From positions 1 to 38,637 of the forward strand of contig MU626441.1 of assembly GCA_025603075.1 (NCBI GenBank): a DNA stretch of 38,637 bases, written 5' to 3'. Both the position numbers and the translations under genes were made by a program. Shown one piece after another: positions 1-11,040 of the stretch (its first letter is position 1; each line of letters opens with the position of its first letter). The notes under the pieces were generated by a model that saw nothing but the letters and a program-made list of their open reading frames with translations, searched no databases and was not told where the DNA came from. The stretch comes from Neoconidiobolus thromboides FSU 785 (Eukaryota > Fungi > Entomophthoromycota).

Positions 1-58
1 GAAATTCTCATAACAAATCAAAATAATTAACCATGGGACTGACGAAGCGATATTTCAC

Positions 59-158
59 AGGGGATGTATTTTTGTGTTTAAGGGTTTTACTAACAAATTT
101 TCCGCTTAAATAGCGCTTAAAAATGGAAGAAATAATGAAGTCAAAAAAAACACTCCCA
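59..158 (+). mobile_element. ~100-bp MITE, copy A (degenerate left TIR)
   Basis: AGGGGATGTATTTTTGTGTTTAAG...TTCCGCTTAAATAGCGCTTAAAAATGG...CACTCCCA followed by TA; aligns by eye end to end with the copy at 3470-3570. Confidence 0.85.
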
Positions 159-771
159 TATAATTGTTTATATTGTAAATAATACAAGTCATATAAGCTG
201 TTTTTACAGGCGAAACCTTTTATACCAGCATCATTTAAATATTACCAAATAGTTTACTATATATTTGAAGTTACAGTGAATTATCTAGATCAAAATTCTT
301 ACATCAAAGTTTTGTAATAACATAAATACAAATATTATCAACAGTAGTATACAAGTAAAAAATTCAATGTTATTTATTTTTCTATTAAACAAAAAATATT
401 TTTATTGTAACAAATATTTTTATTTTGTCAAAATGAAGTCAAAAAGTTTAAATTAGTTCAAAAAGAATGAAATTGTTTTAATACAATGAGATACAAAACT
501 AAACTTATATTTACTGGCTTTTGTTATTTTTAATATATTAAGATAGGACTTTTTTCAATATCAAATGGTGTTGAATTCTTAATTACTTCGATTCATAAGT
601 TGACTTATGTATAAAAGATATCAATGTTTTTTTAAAATCAATCTAACTATTTGAATTCTTATAATTCAAGATTTAGAAGTAACGTATTACAATATGAAAT
701 AATAACAATAATAGATGTTCAAATAGTAAGTTTTCATAGATGTTTCTAACTTTTGATATAATTTTATTTAA

Positions 772-1269
772 TTAAAGCAGTATAATCATAAAGGAGGATA
801 GAATAAACAAAACGATAAAGTTAGGGAGATTAAGATTTGTAGCCAAACTACTTTTTTGAAATCCACCTTTCTTTTTGAATTGATAAAGATCTAACTCACA
901 TTCCAACTCGCATGAACTTTCATTTTTACAGTTTTCCAAACAACTCATTGTAGTATTAGCGGTTTTTTGATCTACTTTGGTACAATTAGAAAACATAGTA
1001 ATATCATTACGATTTTGTTTAACACAATCAACGATAGGATCTAATACTTTTGGATCAATAATTTTCATAAAATAAGTCTGGGAACATGAATCTTTACAAT
1101 TGTCATCTTTACAAGTGGATTGGCAAGAACCTATATTTTTTAATGCAGTTGGCATCGCTGCCCCAAGTTCGTTACATATTGCTGTAAATGCTTTATGAAA
1201 ATCACCACAAGTTAAATTAACACCATTCACGGTTAAAATCGATAGTAAAAAAAGCCAAAATAACTTCAT
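772..1269 (-). CDS. Small secreted cysteine-rich protein, probable signal peptide and GPI-type hydrophobic C-terminus
   Basis: Single-exon 165-aa ORF. Hydrophobic N-terminus MKLFWLFLLSILTVNG, 12 Cys, and a C-terminal hydrophobic tail FIVLFILSSFMIILL preceded by small residues (SSLA). No family recognised. Confidence 0.8.
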   Translation of the reverse strand: MKLFWLFLLSILTVNGVNLTCGDFHKAFTAICNELGAAMPTALKNIGSCQSTCKDDNCKDSCSQTYFMKIIDPKVLDPIVDCVKQNRNDITMFSNCTKVDQKTANTTMSCLENCKNESSCELECELDLYQFKKKGGFQKSSLATNLNLPNFIVLFILSSFMIILL

Positions 1270-2681
1270 AGTTGTTAGAAAGATTTAAAAGTGTTTTCTT
1301 GTAAATTTTTTAACCTTTATATATATATATTGATTCAAGATGCTAATAGAACAAGGATTATCATTATTAAAAAAGGAAATGGTGGCTTTTTTGTAGTGAT
1401 AATAAGTTTAAGGTCCTTTTATATTGGTATCATTTATTTTAATTAGAACTTATTTAAAAGGGTAGTAATCAAAAGATTCCTGTTTTATTAAATTAACTAA
1501 ACAGGTTTATTTTGAAAGAAAAAAAGAAGTTTTTATAATATTAGATATACGAATGTTAGTGTTAAACACTTTTAGAATTAAATTAATAGATAGAAGTTAT
1601 TTAGTATATAATATTAATTGGGTTATAATAAGTCTATAGTATCAAACAGTAATTTGATATATAATACTTCATTATTATATAAAACCTATTAAGTAGGATA
1701 ATAATGTTATGTTTCAAAATCAAATAAATAGAATCTACCCCATTATGTAACAAGGATTTATTATATCATTGAGTTTTACCAAAATAAAAATCCAGAATTA
1801 AAATAAAAATTACTATTTTTTAATTTGTTCTATTTCTAATATTTCATATTATACTGTAAGTGGTTCTATTCTATAATTAAATGCTTATTATATGTATTGT
1901 TATTGTATTTAATAAGAGGACTATTGCCCATTTTAAAAATGTGTTAAAAAACTAGAACATAGAAAGAAGCTTCTTTTATCATATAGTAATTTTTTTAAAT
2001 TTTTATGTGGATAGATGATGTTTTAATTTAAACCCTTTTTATCATATTAAAGAGTAGAAAGTAATTAAGGATTAAAGTAAAATTTCTTTTTAAATTGAAC
2101 ATTAAAAAAATGTTTTACTTTTTATTTTAAGAATATTTACTGTTTTTTTTAATTTACTTTTAGTTGTCTTTTTAATAAATATTTATTGTCGTTTTTATTT
2201 GTTTTTTTAATATTTTATAGCAATAAATTTATCTTTTTATTGTTTCAAGATAACTGAAGGTATTTTTTGTATGGACAATGATAATGTTATTAAAAAAATT
2301 TATACATTTTTGTTAATATATTGCTATATCTATAATATTTATATAGCTTTAGGTTAAAACAATTAAACAAAGTACTTGAATTCAATAAAGTTAGGATTAA
2401 ACAAAACAATAAATAATTAAAACATAATTAAAGCTTTTTTCTCCAAAGAATGATACTAACTTTTGTTAATAACTAAGTTCCAATTTCGTAGAAACGTTGT
2501 TTTTATTGACAATAAATATAAAGCTTCTACAAAAATGAGCGTTTAGTTGAGGACAAAAATAGCAACAATAAAGAATTGATATAAACAATCAATTATTAAA
2601 ATAATCTAATTAGTTCAGGTTTACTAAAACCAAATATATATAGTATTATTTTTAGTTATTATGGTTCAACTTAATAAAATA

Positions 2682-2779
2682 TGGGGGTTTTTTTTACTTC
2701 ATTACTTTTTCTGTCCTTTAAGCGCTATTTGAGCAGAAAAATTGTTAGTAAAATTTTTAGACACAAAAATACATCCTTA
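2682..2779 (-). mobile_element. ~100-bp MITE, copy G (reverse orientation)
   Basis: TA|TGGGGGTT...AAGCGCTATTTGAGCAGAAAAATTGTTAGTAAAATTTTTAGACACAAAAATACATCCTTA|TA; the reverse complement matches copies A and B. Confidence 0.85.
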
Positions 2780-3469
2780 TATTGTAATTAGGCTATTGTA
2801 CATAAAATACCAATGAACTATTTAACAAGGTGTGACATATTTATAAATTTATTCTGATATTAAAATATTGGATATCTTTAGTAAGGTATAAACCAATAAA
2901 TGTATACTATAGTCTTCTATATACTATAGTATCCAAGTATATTAAATATAACTAATATTTCTGGACAGTGACCTCTGTATTCAGTACATGTAGCAGTAAA
3001 TAAATAGTAGTAAAATATACTTAAATAAAGAATGTTTTTTTTACAATCTTTACTTCATTCTCATTTTATATTTCTGACTAAATAGCAAATACTAAACTCT
3101 TTGGTTTCGAATAGATTCACACTTAATACTATTAATCTTTAATATATTAATAGAATTTTTCTTACTTTCCCATATTACATTATAAATAAAAAGAATCTTT
3201 TTACAAGAAATAAAACTTAAATTTTATTAATAATTTTAATTTTTTTAGCTTCGTACCTAGAACTCTACCAGTTGAAAACCTTGAAAGAATTTCTAAGATA
3301 TTTAAAATAATATCATACTCTCAAGCTATCATTTTTATAGACATTGGTAATATATGTTATTACTCATAGAATGTCATAAACAATGTCTTTGCTTTTTAAA
3401 TTAATAATAAAATCAAGTTTGTTCTTATTAACTATTATATTAAATTTTATAATTTTTTTTCATTTAATA

Positions 3470-3570
3470 TGGGGATGTATTTTTGTGTTTAAGAATTTTA
3501 CTAACAAATTTTCCGCTTAAATAGCGCTTAAAAGGTGGAAAAAGTAATGAAATCAAAAAAATCATCCCCA
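3470..3570 (+). mobile_element. ~100-bp MITE, copy B (intact TIRs, TA target-site duplication)
   Basis: TA|TGGGGATG ... CATCCCCA|TA: perfect 8-bp terminal inverted repeat, TA on both sides, no coding capacity. Confidence 0.9.
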
Positions 3571-4338
3571 TATAGTGTTATTAAATAAAAATTTGTCAAC
3601 TCTGTTTTGCTTTACTTTACTTCAACTACATAGGCTATAACATGAAAAGTCTTTTTATAAAAAGTTATTTGATGTCTCTATTGTACGTTATCACTGATGT
3701 AATAACCCTCTGCTAAATATTTATTTCCTAAAAGGTTTCCTTTAATTTTAATATATAACCAAATCATGTTTTTAACCATAATTTCATATTTAATAAAACA
3801 ATTATCCAAATAGGCTAATTGTATAAATACATTTTTTTACCTTGTGATAATGGTAATCATAATATTATGTTTATCAATGACATTTATAATCTTGATGTGT
3901 ATCTATTAATTTAATAGAATGTCGTTAGTTATATCTATAGAAATGTCTTACATCTTTATAAGTCTTATCTATATGCTAATATAACCAAATTTACACGAAG
4001 GTATATTACAAAGATCACTAAACTATCGGTTAAATTGACCCACGCTACAGCTTAATTTTGCTTTGTAATAGGTAGAACTAATAAAAACCAATAAAAGGAA
4101 CCTTGACTCTCTGCATAAAGCTATTTCGCACAATTTATAATCACTTATAAATCAATTTTTCACTATTTTTATACAGGAAATAATAAATAACTTAAAGATA
4201 TTATATTTAAATAAAGAAATAGTAATCTGCATTATTAATATGTTGACTTTGATATACTATTAATAATATTTTTTATTAATAGATACACCACCATATGATG
4301 TACGTTTCAATTTGTAGCTTAAGGTTAATAACTCCTAG

Positions 4339-4542
4339 GTTACGTCACTTAACAAAAGAAGATTTTTAATAGTAATACAATTTGATAACTTTAGAAGAAA
4401 GTAGTATTAAATTAGGGGGATACAGCCAATTGATTTACAATTTTGAAGAATAGCTTTTAAATCTTTGCTATTTTTCCAGGTCAATAAATTTATTTAACCA
4501 ATCAATTTCGAGTCTCGTTTCACTATGAAGGGTATATAAACT
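4339..4542 (+). promoter_or_regulatory. Putative transketolase promoter (CRE-like TTACGTCA, CCAAT boxes, TATA-like TATATAAA)
   Basis: TTACGTCA at about 4340, CCAAT at about 4426 and 4498, TATATAAA at about 4534, all upstream of the ATG at 4590. Motif presence only. Confidence 0.3.
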
Positions 4543-4589
4543 CAAAAATAGAACTTTAAATGAAAGTAATTGCTAAATATTTATCAAAA

Positions 4590-6704
4590 ATGGTTTCTCA
4601 AATCGACCAACTCGCTATCAACACAATTCGTGTCCTTTCAGCTGAACAAGTTCAAGCTGCTAACTCTGGTCATCCTGGTGCCCCTATGGGATGTGCTCCA
4701 ATGGCCCATGCCTTATTTTCTAAAGTCATGAAGTTTAATCCAAAGAATCCAAAATGGGTAAGTACTATTATTATACTATATTATATATTATTCTTTAAAA
4801 TCACTTAATATTACTTCATATTTAACATCTCTCATTAGGTAAATCGTGATAGATTTGTCTTATCAAATGGCCATGCTTCTGCTTTACTTTACTCTTTATT
4901 ACATCTCTCTGGCTATAAATTATCCATTGAAGATTTAAAAGCATTCCGTCAATTAAACTCTCTCTGCCCAGGACATCCAGAATCTCATCTTACCGAAGGC
5001 GTTGAAGTAACTACTGGTCCATTAGGCCAAGGTATTTCAAATGCCGTTGGTCTTGCTGTTGCTGAAGCCAATATGGCTGCTACATATAACCAAGAAGGCT
5101 TTAACCTCTTTGATTCATATACTTATGTCATCCTTGGTGATGGTTGTTTACAAGAAGGTGTTTCTAGTGAAGCTTCCTCATTAGCTGGTCACCTTCAACT
5201 TGGTAAAATTATTGCTTTATACGACTCTAACCATATCCAAATTGATGGTTCAACTGAACTTGGTTTCACTGAAGATGTTGTTAAACGTTACGAAGCTTAT
5301 GGATGGCATGTACAATCCATCCCAGATGGTGACAATGACCTCGAATCAATCTTGAAAGCAATTGAAGAGGCCAAAAAAGTAACTGATAAACCTTCATTAA
5401 TCAAAGTAACTACTACCATTGGTTTTGGTTCCCATGTTGCTGGTACTCACTCTGCTCATGGGTCCCCACTTGGTAAGGATGGTATTATTAAAGCCAAGAA
5501 TGAATTTGGTTTTGACCCTGAAAAGCACTTCTACGTCCCACAAGAAGTCCAAGACCTTTATAATGAAGTTCAACAAAAAGGTAGCAAAGCTGAACAAGAA
5601 TGGAACACTTTATTTGAACAATATAAAGGCAAATTCCCTGAGAAAGCCAATGAAATCGTACGTCGTCTTGAAAAACGCTTACCAGAAGGTTGGGAAAAAC
5701 TATTACCAACTTTCAGCCCAGAAGACCCTGCCCAAGCTACCCGTGCTTTTAGTGGTAAAGTCATCAGTGCCCTTGCCCCACATTTACCTGAACTTATTGG
5801 TGGATCTGCTGATTTGACTCCATCTAATCTTACTCGTTGGAAGGAAGCTGTTGATTTCCAACCATCATCCACTGGTCATGGTGATTTCTCTGGTCGTTAC
5901 CTTAGATTTGGTGTACGTGAACATGGTATGGCTTCCATCATGAATGGTATCTCTGCTTATGGTGCTCACATTCCATTTGGTGCTACTTTCCTTAACTTCA
6001 TCTCCTACGCTGCTGGTGCTTCCCGTCTTACTGCTGTATCTGAATTACAAGGTATTTACATTATGACCCATGACTCTATTGGCCTTGGTGAAGATGGTCC
6101 AACTCATCAACCTATTGAAACTTTAACCATGTTACGTGCTACTCCAAATACTTACGTATATCGCCCAGCTGATGGTAATGAAACTTCTGCTGCTTATTAT
6201 GCTGCTTTAACTCACTTCCACTCCTCCTCTGTTTTATCTTTGTCTCGTCAAGGAGTACCAAATCTTAAAGGATCCTCCATTGAAAAAGCCCTTAAGGGAG
6301 CTTACGTTTTAGAAGACCCACAAGACGCTAAAGTTATTTTAGTAGCTACTGGTACTGAAGTAGCTATTATTCTTGATGCTGCTAAAAAACTTGCTGAAGA
6401 AGGCATATCAGCTCGTATTGTTTCTTTCCCATGCTTTGAATTATTTGAAGAGCAAAGCCAAGATTATAAGAACTCAGTTTTTACTGAAGGTTTACCAGTT
6501 ATTTCTTGTGAAGCTTTAGGTGTCTTTGGATGGGAAAAATATGCTCATGCTCAAGTCGGTATGACAAGTTTCGGTGCTTCTGCCCCTGCCAATCAACTTT
6601 ATGAAACCTTTGGTATCACCCCAGCTAAGGTAGCTGAAAAGGCCAAGAAGGCTCTTGACTATTATTCCAACAGGCAAGTACCTCACCTTGTTAACAGAAT
6701 CTAA
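4590..6704 (+). CDS. TKL1: Transketolase (2 exons; intron 4758-4838)
   Basis: Motifs [20 protein letters not shown] (restored by splicing GTAAGT...TAG), [11 protein letters not shown]-binding motif, GVREHGM and [16 protein letters not shown]. Confidence 0.98.
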
Positions 6705-7297
6705 ATTATTTAGTATTATTATTAAAATTATATTTTAAAACTTTAAACTCTTTAATTTTTTAAATTCCAATGTTTCATTTTCAATAAAACAATAAGTGTA
6801 ATGCTAAACATAAATAATCTTTAAATCTACTTTTGTTTTTTATAACTTGATAATGATCTTTATTGTAGAAGATGTAGCTAATCAAAGTAAACTAATACCT
6901 GGAATACTTAAAACATATTATTATAGCTTTGCCTGTTACCCAACCAACTATGTATAACAATTATTATAAATTATATTGGAATGCTTTCTTAATTTGCTAT
7001 TTTGTCCACTTTTTAAGTAGCATAGAATATAAAAATATTATTAGCCAGATTCTTGAATAAAAGAACGTCCTTATATAAAAACTAAAATAAACTTTTCTAA
7101 ACTTATACTTAATCATTTTCAAAAACACCAATATTTCGATACTTATAAAATTTTATTAAAATATGTTTACTTAATTCAATCAATCATTTCACATATGATA
7201 AAACCACCAAAAAAGCACAAACAAAAAAGCTGACCTCCTATTTGACTTAAACCTTGACACACAGTACAATAATATATTTAATTATAAACACAATCAA

Positions 7298-8532
7298 CTA
7301 AAAGGGGGGCGATCTACTATTCTTACCATTGGAAAACACGGAGGGTGGCGGCCTGTAACCGCCAGACGCATTTGAATTCCCTGAAAACGAATGCTGGTGA
7401 GTAGGCGATCTAACTGCATTTCTAAACGCATTCCCCTCACTGGTAGGTGTATTAGACCTACTACTGACTGTCTGATCAGATGGTGAAAAAGGACGCACTC
7501 CATTTTTACTCACTTTACCCCCAGTTAATGTGGTAGTTGAGTTCGTGGATTGATGAGAGTATGTTGACCTATCGTCTTCATCTAGTTGGATCTTAGGTAG
7601 TGTTGGTTTGATCAAACTTTCACTCTCTTTTTTCAAATGGCCTAGTTTATACACTTCATTCTCTTTTATACGTTTTTGGGACTGAGTTTGTAGTAACTTG
7701 GTAATACGCTTATCAATCTTATGACAGCAGTATTCTTTTAGGTTACCTTGAATCTTAAATAGTAAAGGTATATATAATAAGCCTGAGATCATGATCTGTA
7801 AGATTGAAAAGATAAAAAGGATATTGGTGATCACTAATGATATTATAGATATCATAGAGACCACACCACCTTTGGAGATATTTGGTATAGAGTTAAAATC
7901 GAACGGTTTATCCTTTCTTATTGAGGCTCGTATCAGGTAGTAAATGATTATCATCTTGATTACTTCCCTGGGCGCTTGAGCAAACAATACTCGTTTCCAA
8001 CCTATTTTGACATTAGTATATTCCAATATATAAATGCTAAGATAGTATTACCTTTAAGAGTAAAGAATACATAAAATGACACAAAGTCTGAAAAGAATTT
8101 GTTAGTTCCAATCCTCTCAAAGAAACAAAAATTTGAGTAAGAATTTAAAATATAGATCCTATGTGCAATCACATTGGTATAAGTGAATGAAATATCTCTT
8201 GACCTTAAAATAATATACGCTTTTCTCAATTCATAAACTGCCAATAAAAAACTGACCCCAATGGAAGCTAAAAAAATGGGTCTAAACCATTTCTCTTCTT
8301 TATCTTGAAAATAAATAGCTTTTGTCTGTTCATAATTAAATGCTAAATTGAAAGCAGTCCAAAAATCAGAAGCATAGATTAGCACAGATTGAACCACCAA
8401 AATGAACATGAACAGATATTTAATATGTAACCATACGGAGCGACTGCGAAAGTCCCTAGGATCTACATAATCAAAAGAGTGGTCCTGAATTACTTCACGT
8501 TTCCATTTTACTTCCCCTGAACAAAGACCCAT
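7298..8532 (-). CDS. KCH-family (Kch1/Kch2-like) fungal membrane protein, putative low-affinity K+ transporter (intron 8002-8051)
   Basis: Splicing joins the 8002..8532 and 7298..8026 ORFs in frame (...TLKG|WKRVLFAQAPREVI). The patterns FDYVDPRDF, YASDFWTAFNL, ISFTYTN, YSNFCFF and a hydrophobic segment followed by GNLKEYCC match the KCH family as I remember it. Ser/Pro-rich C-terminal tail. Confidence 0.8.
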
Positions 8533-9129
8533 CTTGAAGGTTAGAAAATATTAATTATGAAATAAAAAGTATTTCTGATTATTAACTAATTTCAGTTAAG
8601 AAAATCTTTTGGTTTCTTAATTTGTTGGAGTAAATCAACAATAGTTGCTGAAGATTTACTATCTTTGGAATTTGCCTGTTCCTTTTGCTTTGATTGGGTG
8701 GCTTTTATATGGTAATAACTTTGTTCTTTAAATACACCGTTGTTTTATCAGTACTTTTAAAACTATTATTTTCAACATAAAGAAAAGTAGATTAAATAAG
8801 CCATGCTTATTAGCTTATCCCATATTACTTCATTAGATACCAAATAAAAAATATAAGTATATTGAGACCCATTATGATTATTTTCGTTCTGCTTTAAGTT
8901 ATTTGACAAGTTTAAACAAAATTCAGATAAGGTTTAAATAACGGTGTGTAAAGTTAATAAGTTTATTTTGATAGGCTTAAGATACTGAAAACAGCTTGGA
9001 TTCCAACTATAGAATCAAAAATCAAAATAGATGAGTACTAGAAAATATATTTATGAATAAGATAGATCAAAATACTCGTTATAACAAATTTCACAGAATT
9101 TTCGACTTTTATATCAAAATATGCTTTTA

Positions 9130-11040
9130 TGTCTCTAAAAACTTGGGCTTATATAATAGTTAAATAAATGGTCAAATATCAAAACTATGGTCTACACATT
9201 CTAAACTCAGTGAGGTCTATTCTATGCTGCTATTCATATTAAAGCTTTTTACCATAAACAACTAATCCGTGTGTAAAAGTTGGATATCAAAGTGTTGACG
9301 CTTAATTCCACCATCTTTCTTTTTTATCAAACTTTTATTTAACTGAAATTATATAATACCTGGACTTCCAAATAATGAGGAAGATATTTCATCATCTAAA
9401 ATAGGCTCTTTATCAGAATACCATCCCATAGGTTATGTATACATATATAATAAAATCGAAGATTGGTTGAATTGATAACTTAAATTAGCACAAAGCTTCA
9501 TAAATTGATATTCTATATTTTAGCACCTGGTTCACCAGGATAATTTCTATATTGGATTTATATTTATAACATTCATCAAAATGATGTTGAAACTGTCGAT
9601 AAACTGAGACATTCAATCTTCCTATCAAATGTTATCTTGCTATTATTATTAATATTTGTATTACCCTCTTCTGTTTTATATATTGCTTAAATGGTATTAG
9701 TCATTCTTGTAGTTTCATAAAATAAACATTATGTCTCAAATTATTTATACCCACACACACAATGCTCTATAATAGGTTCCTCTTTTTCTTCATTTGAAGA
9801 TGGTAATGAATATACCCGTTTGATACTATAATCGAACATAAAAACTTCTTTGATTAAGTTTGAAGTACCATATCTCCTCATAGTTGAAGATTATATAGAA
9901 AGTTCAGACAATGATTTTGGTCTGAAATCAAATATCACATAATTCTATTGAAAATGTTAGTATTACAAAACATTGGATAAATTTACTTTGCAGTATTTAC
10001 AAATCCATCAATGCCATTCATCTCTTAAACTTAACCTACCATATTTTAAACAGTATAAACTATGTGAATGATAAGTGTCCATAAAAGTCATCTCTTTAAT
10101 ATTTTTGGAATCAAGTTGAGGGTAAAGAGAAATTAGAAAACGTATCAGTACTATCATCGCTTTGAGAAGACATTAAAAAGCAGGGCAAAATGATAAGCCT
10201 AATGTTTATACTATGAACATTCATATAACAAGTATTATAATAAAACTAAGGATAAGTTTAAAGTTGGATAGGATGAATTCAAATATATGAAGTACATTAT
10301 AAAAAAATAGGCATCGTTTGTTAAAGCAAACAAATCCTTCTTTACAAATAACAAGGTACTCTTTTATATATGAGAAGTAGTGTTTATACAAAATTGGGTA
10401 CGTATGTTCGTAATCTAACGAATATTGATCAATCTTCCACCTTTACCATAGCTTCGGTTTTTTACTCTTTCTAGCCTTACCTTTTTTTTAACAAAATAAT
10501 ACTTGAAAATTTATTCCCCTTATTCATCCTGATAGTTTTTATTATTAAGCAGCTTACTTAAAATCTCCTTATTATTCTCCACACGTGTGTTATTAAATAA
10601 TAGCCTAGGATTGAATAATTGAATAAACCTCTAAAGGGATTTATATCACTTTTAGGACTTAGTAACACTACTAATGGTATTTTATTACTAAAATTATGAT
10701 CGAAAGATCTAACAAATCTATTTTTGCCATCTTGATCTTTATACAATATAATTTTTTCCAAATTTTCATTTCTTTTGATTAAACTTCCACTTAGACGATA
10801 ATTATGAAACTATAGCTAAATATTAAGTTTACCAGTATGTATCTATAGCATTAAAATTAAAGGAATCACGTCCCAACTCATTGATTGTTAATATACTTAA
10901 AAGACTCTTTTTATAGCTATATATATTACTTTGAGGGGTCTTAAAATATATTGTAGACTTGCAAGTTTCTTGAATATTTTGAGAACATACTCCTGGATCC
11001 CTCTCCAGATAAAACGAGTAATTTTTACAAAAAAAATATT
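9130..11040 (-). pseudogene. Decayed fungal SRA/SAD-like plus AlkB-type 2OG-Fe(II) dioxygenase fusion gene
   Basis: Collinear remnants on the minus strand: PGVCSQNIQETCKSTIYFKTPQSNIY (~10915-11000), KDQ...KIPLVVLL...YSILGYYLITHVW (~10575-10740), YCLKYGRLSLRDEWH*WICKYCK (~9990-10055), FQHHFDECYKY (~9570-9600), GWYSDKEPILDDEISSSLFGSPG (~9360-9426) and LLHTD*LFM (~9255-9280). Many in-frame stops and at least one frameshift. Boundaries approximate. Confidence 0.65.

Noticed and set aside
3470-3570. TG...CA termini suggesting a solo LTR
   Set aside because: No 4-6 bp direct target duplication, very short length, and 8-bp TIRs with 2-bp flanks fit a MITE better.
5397-5872. ORFs 5397..5597, 5419..5817, 5488..5709 and 5570..5872 overlapping transketolase
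   Set aside because: Alternative-frame or antisense shadows of a strongly codon-biased conserved gene; no recognisable motifs.
10558-10761. LLSPKSDINPFRGLFNYSIL resembling the DGAT1/ARE (MBOAT) N-terminal motif
   Set aside because: No downstream membrane-bound acyltransferase exons. The flanking blocks fit the SRA-AlkB pseudogene better.
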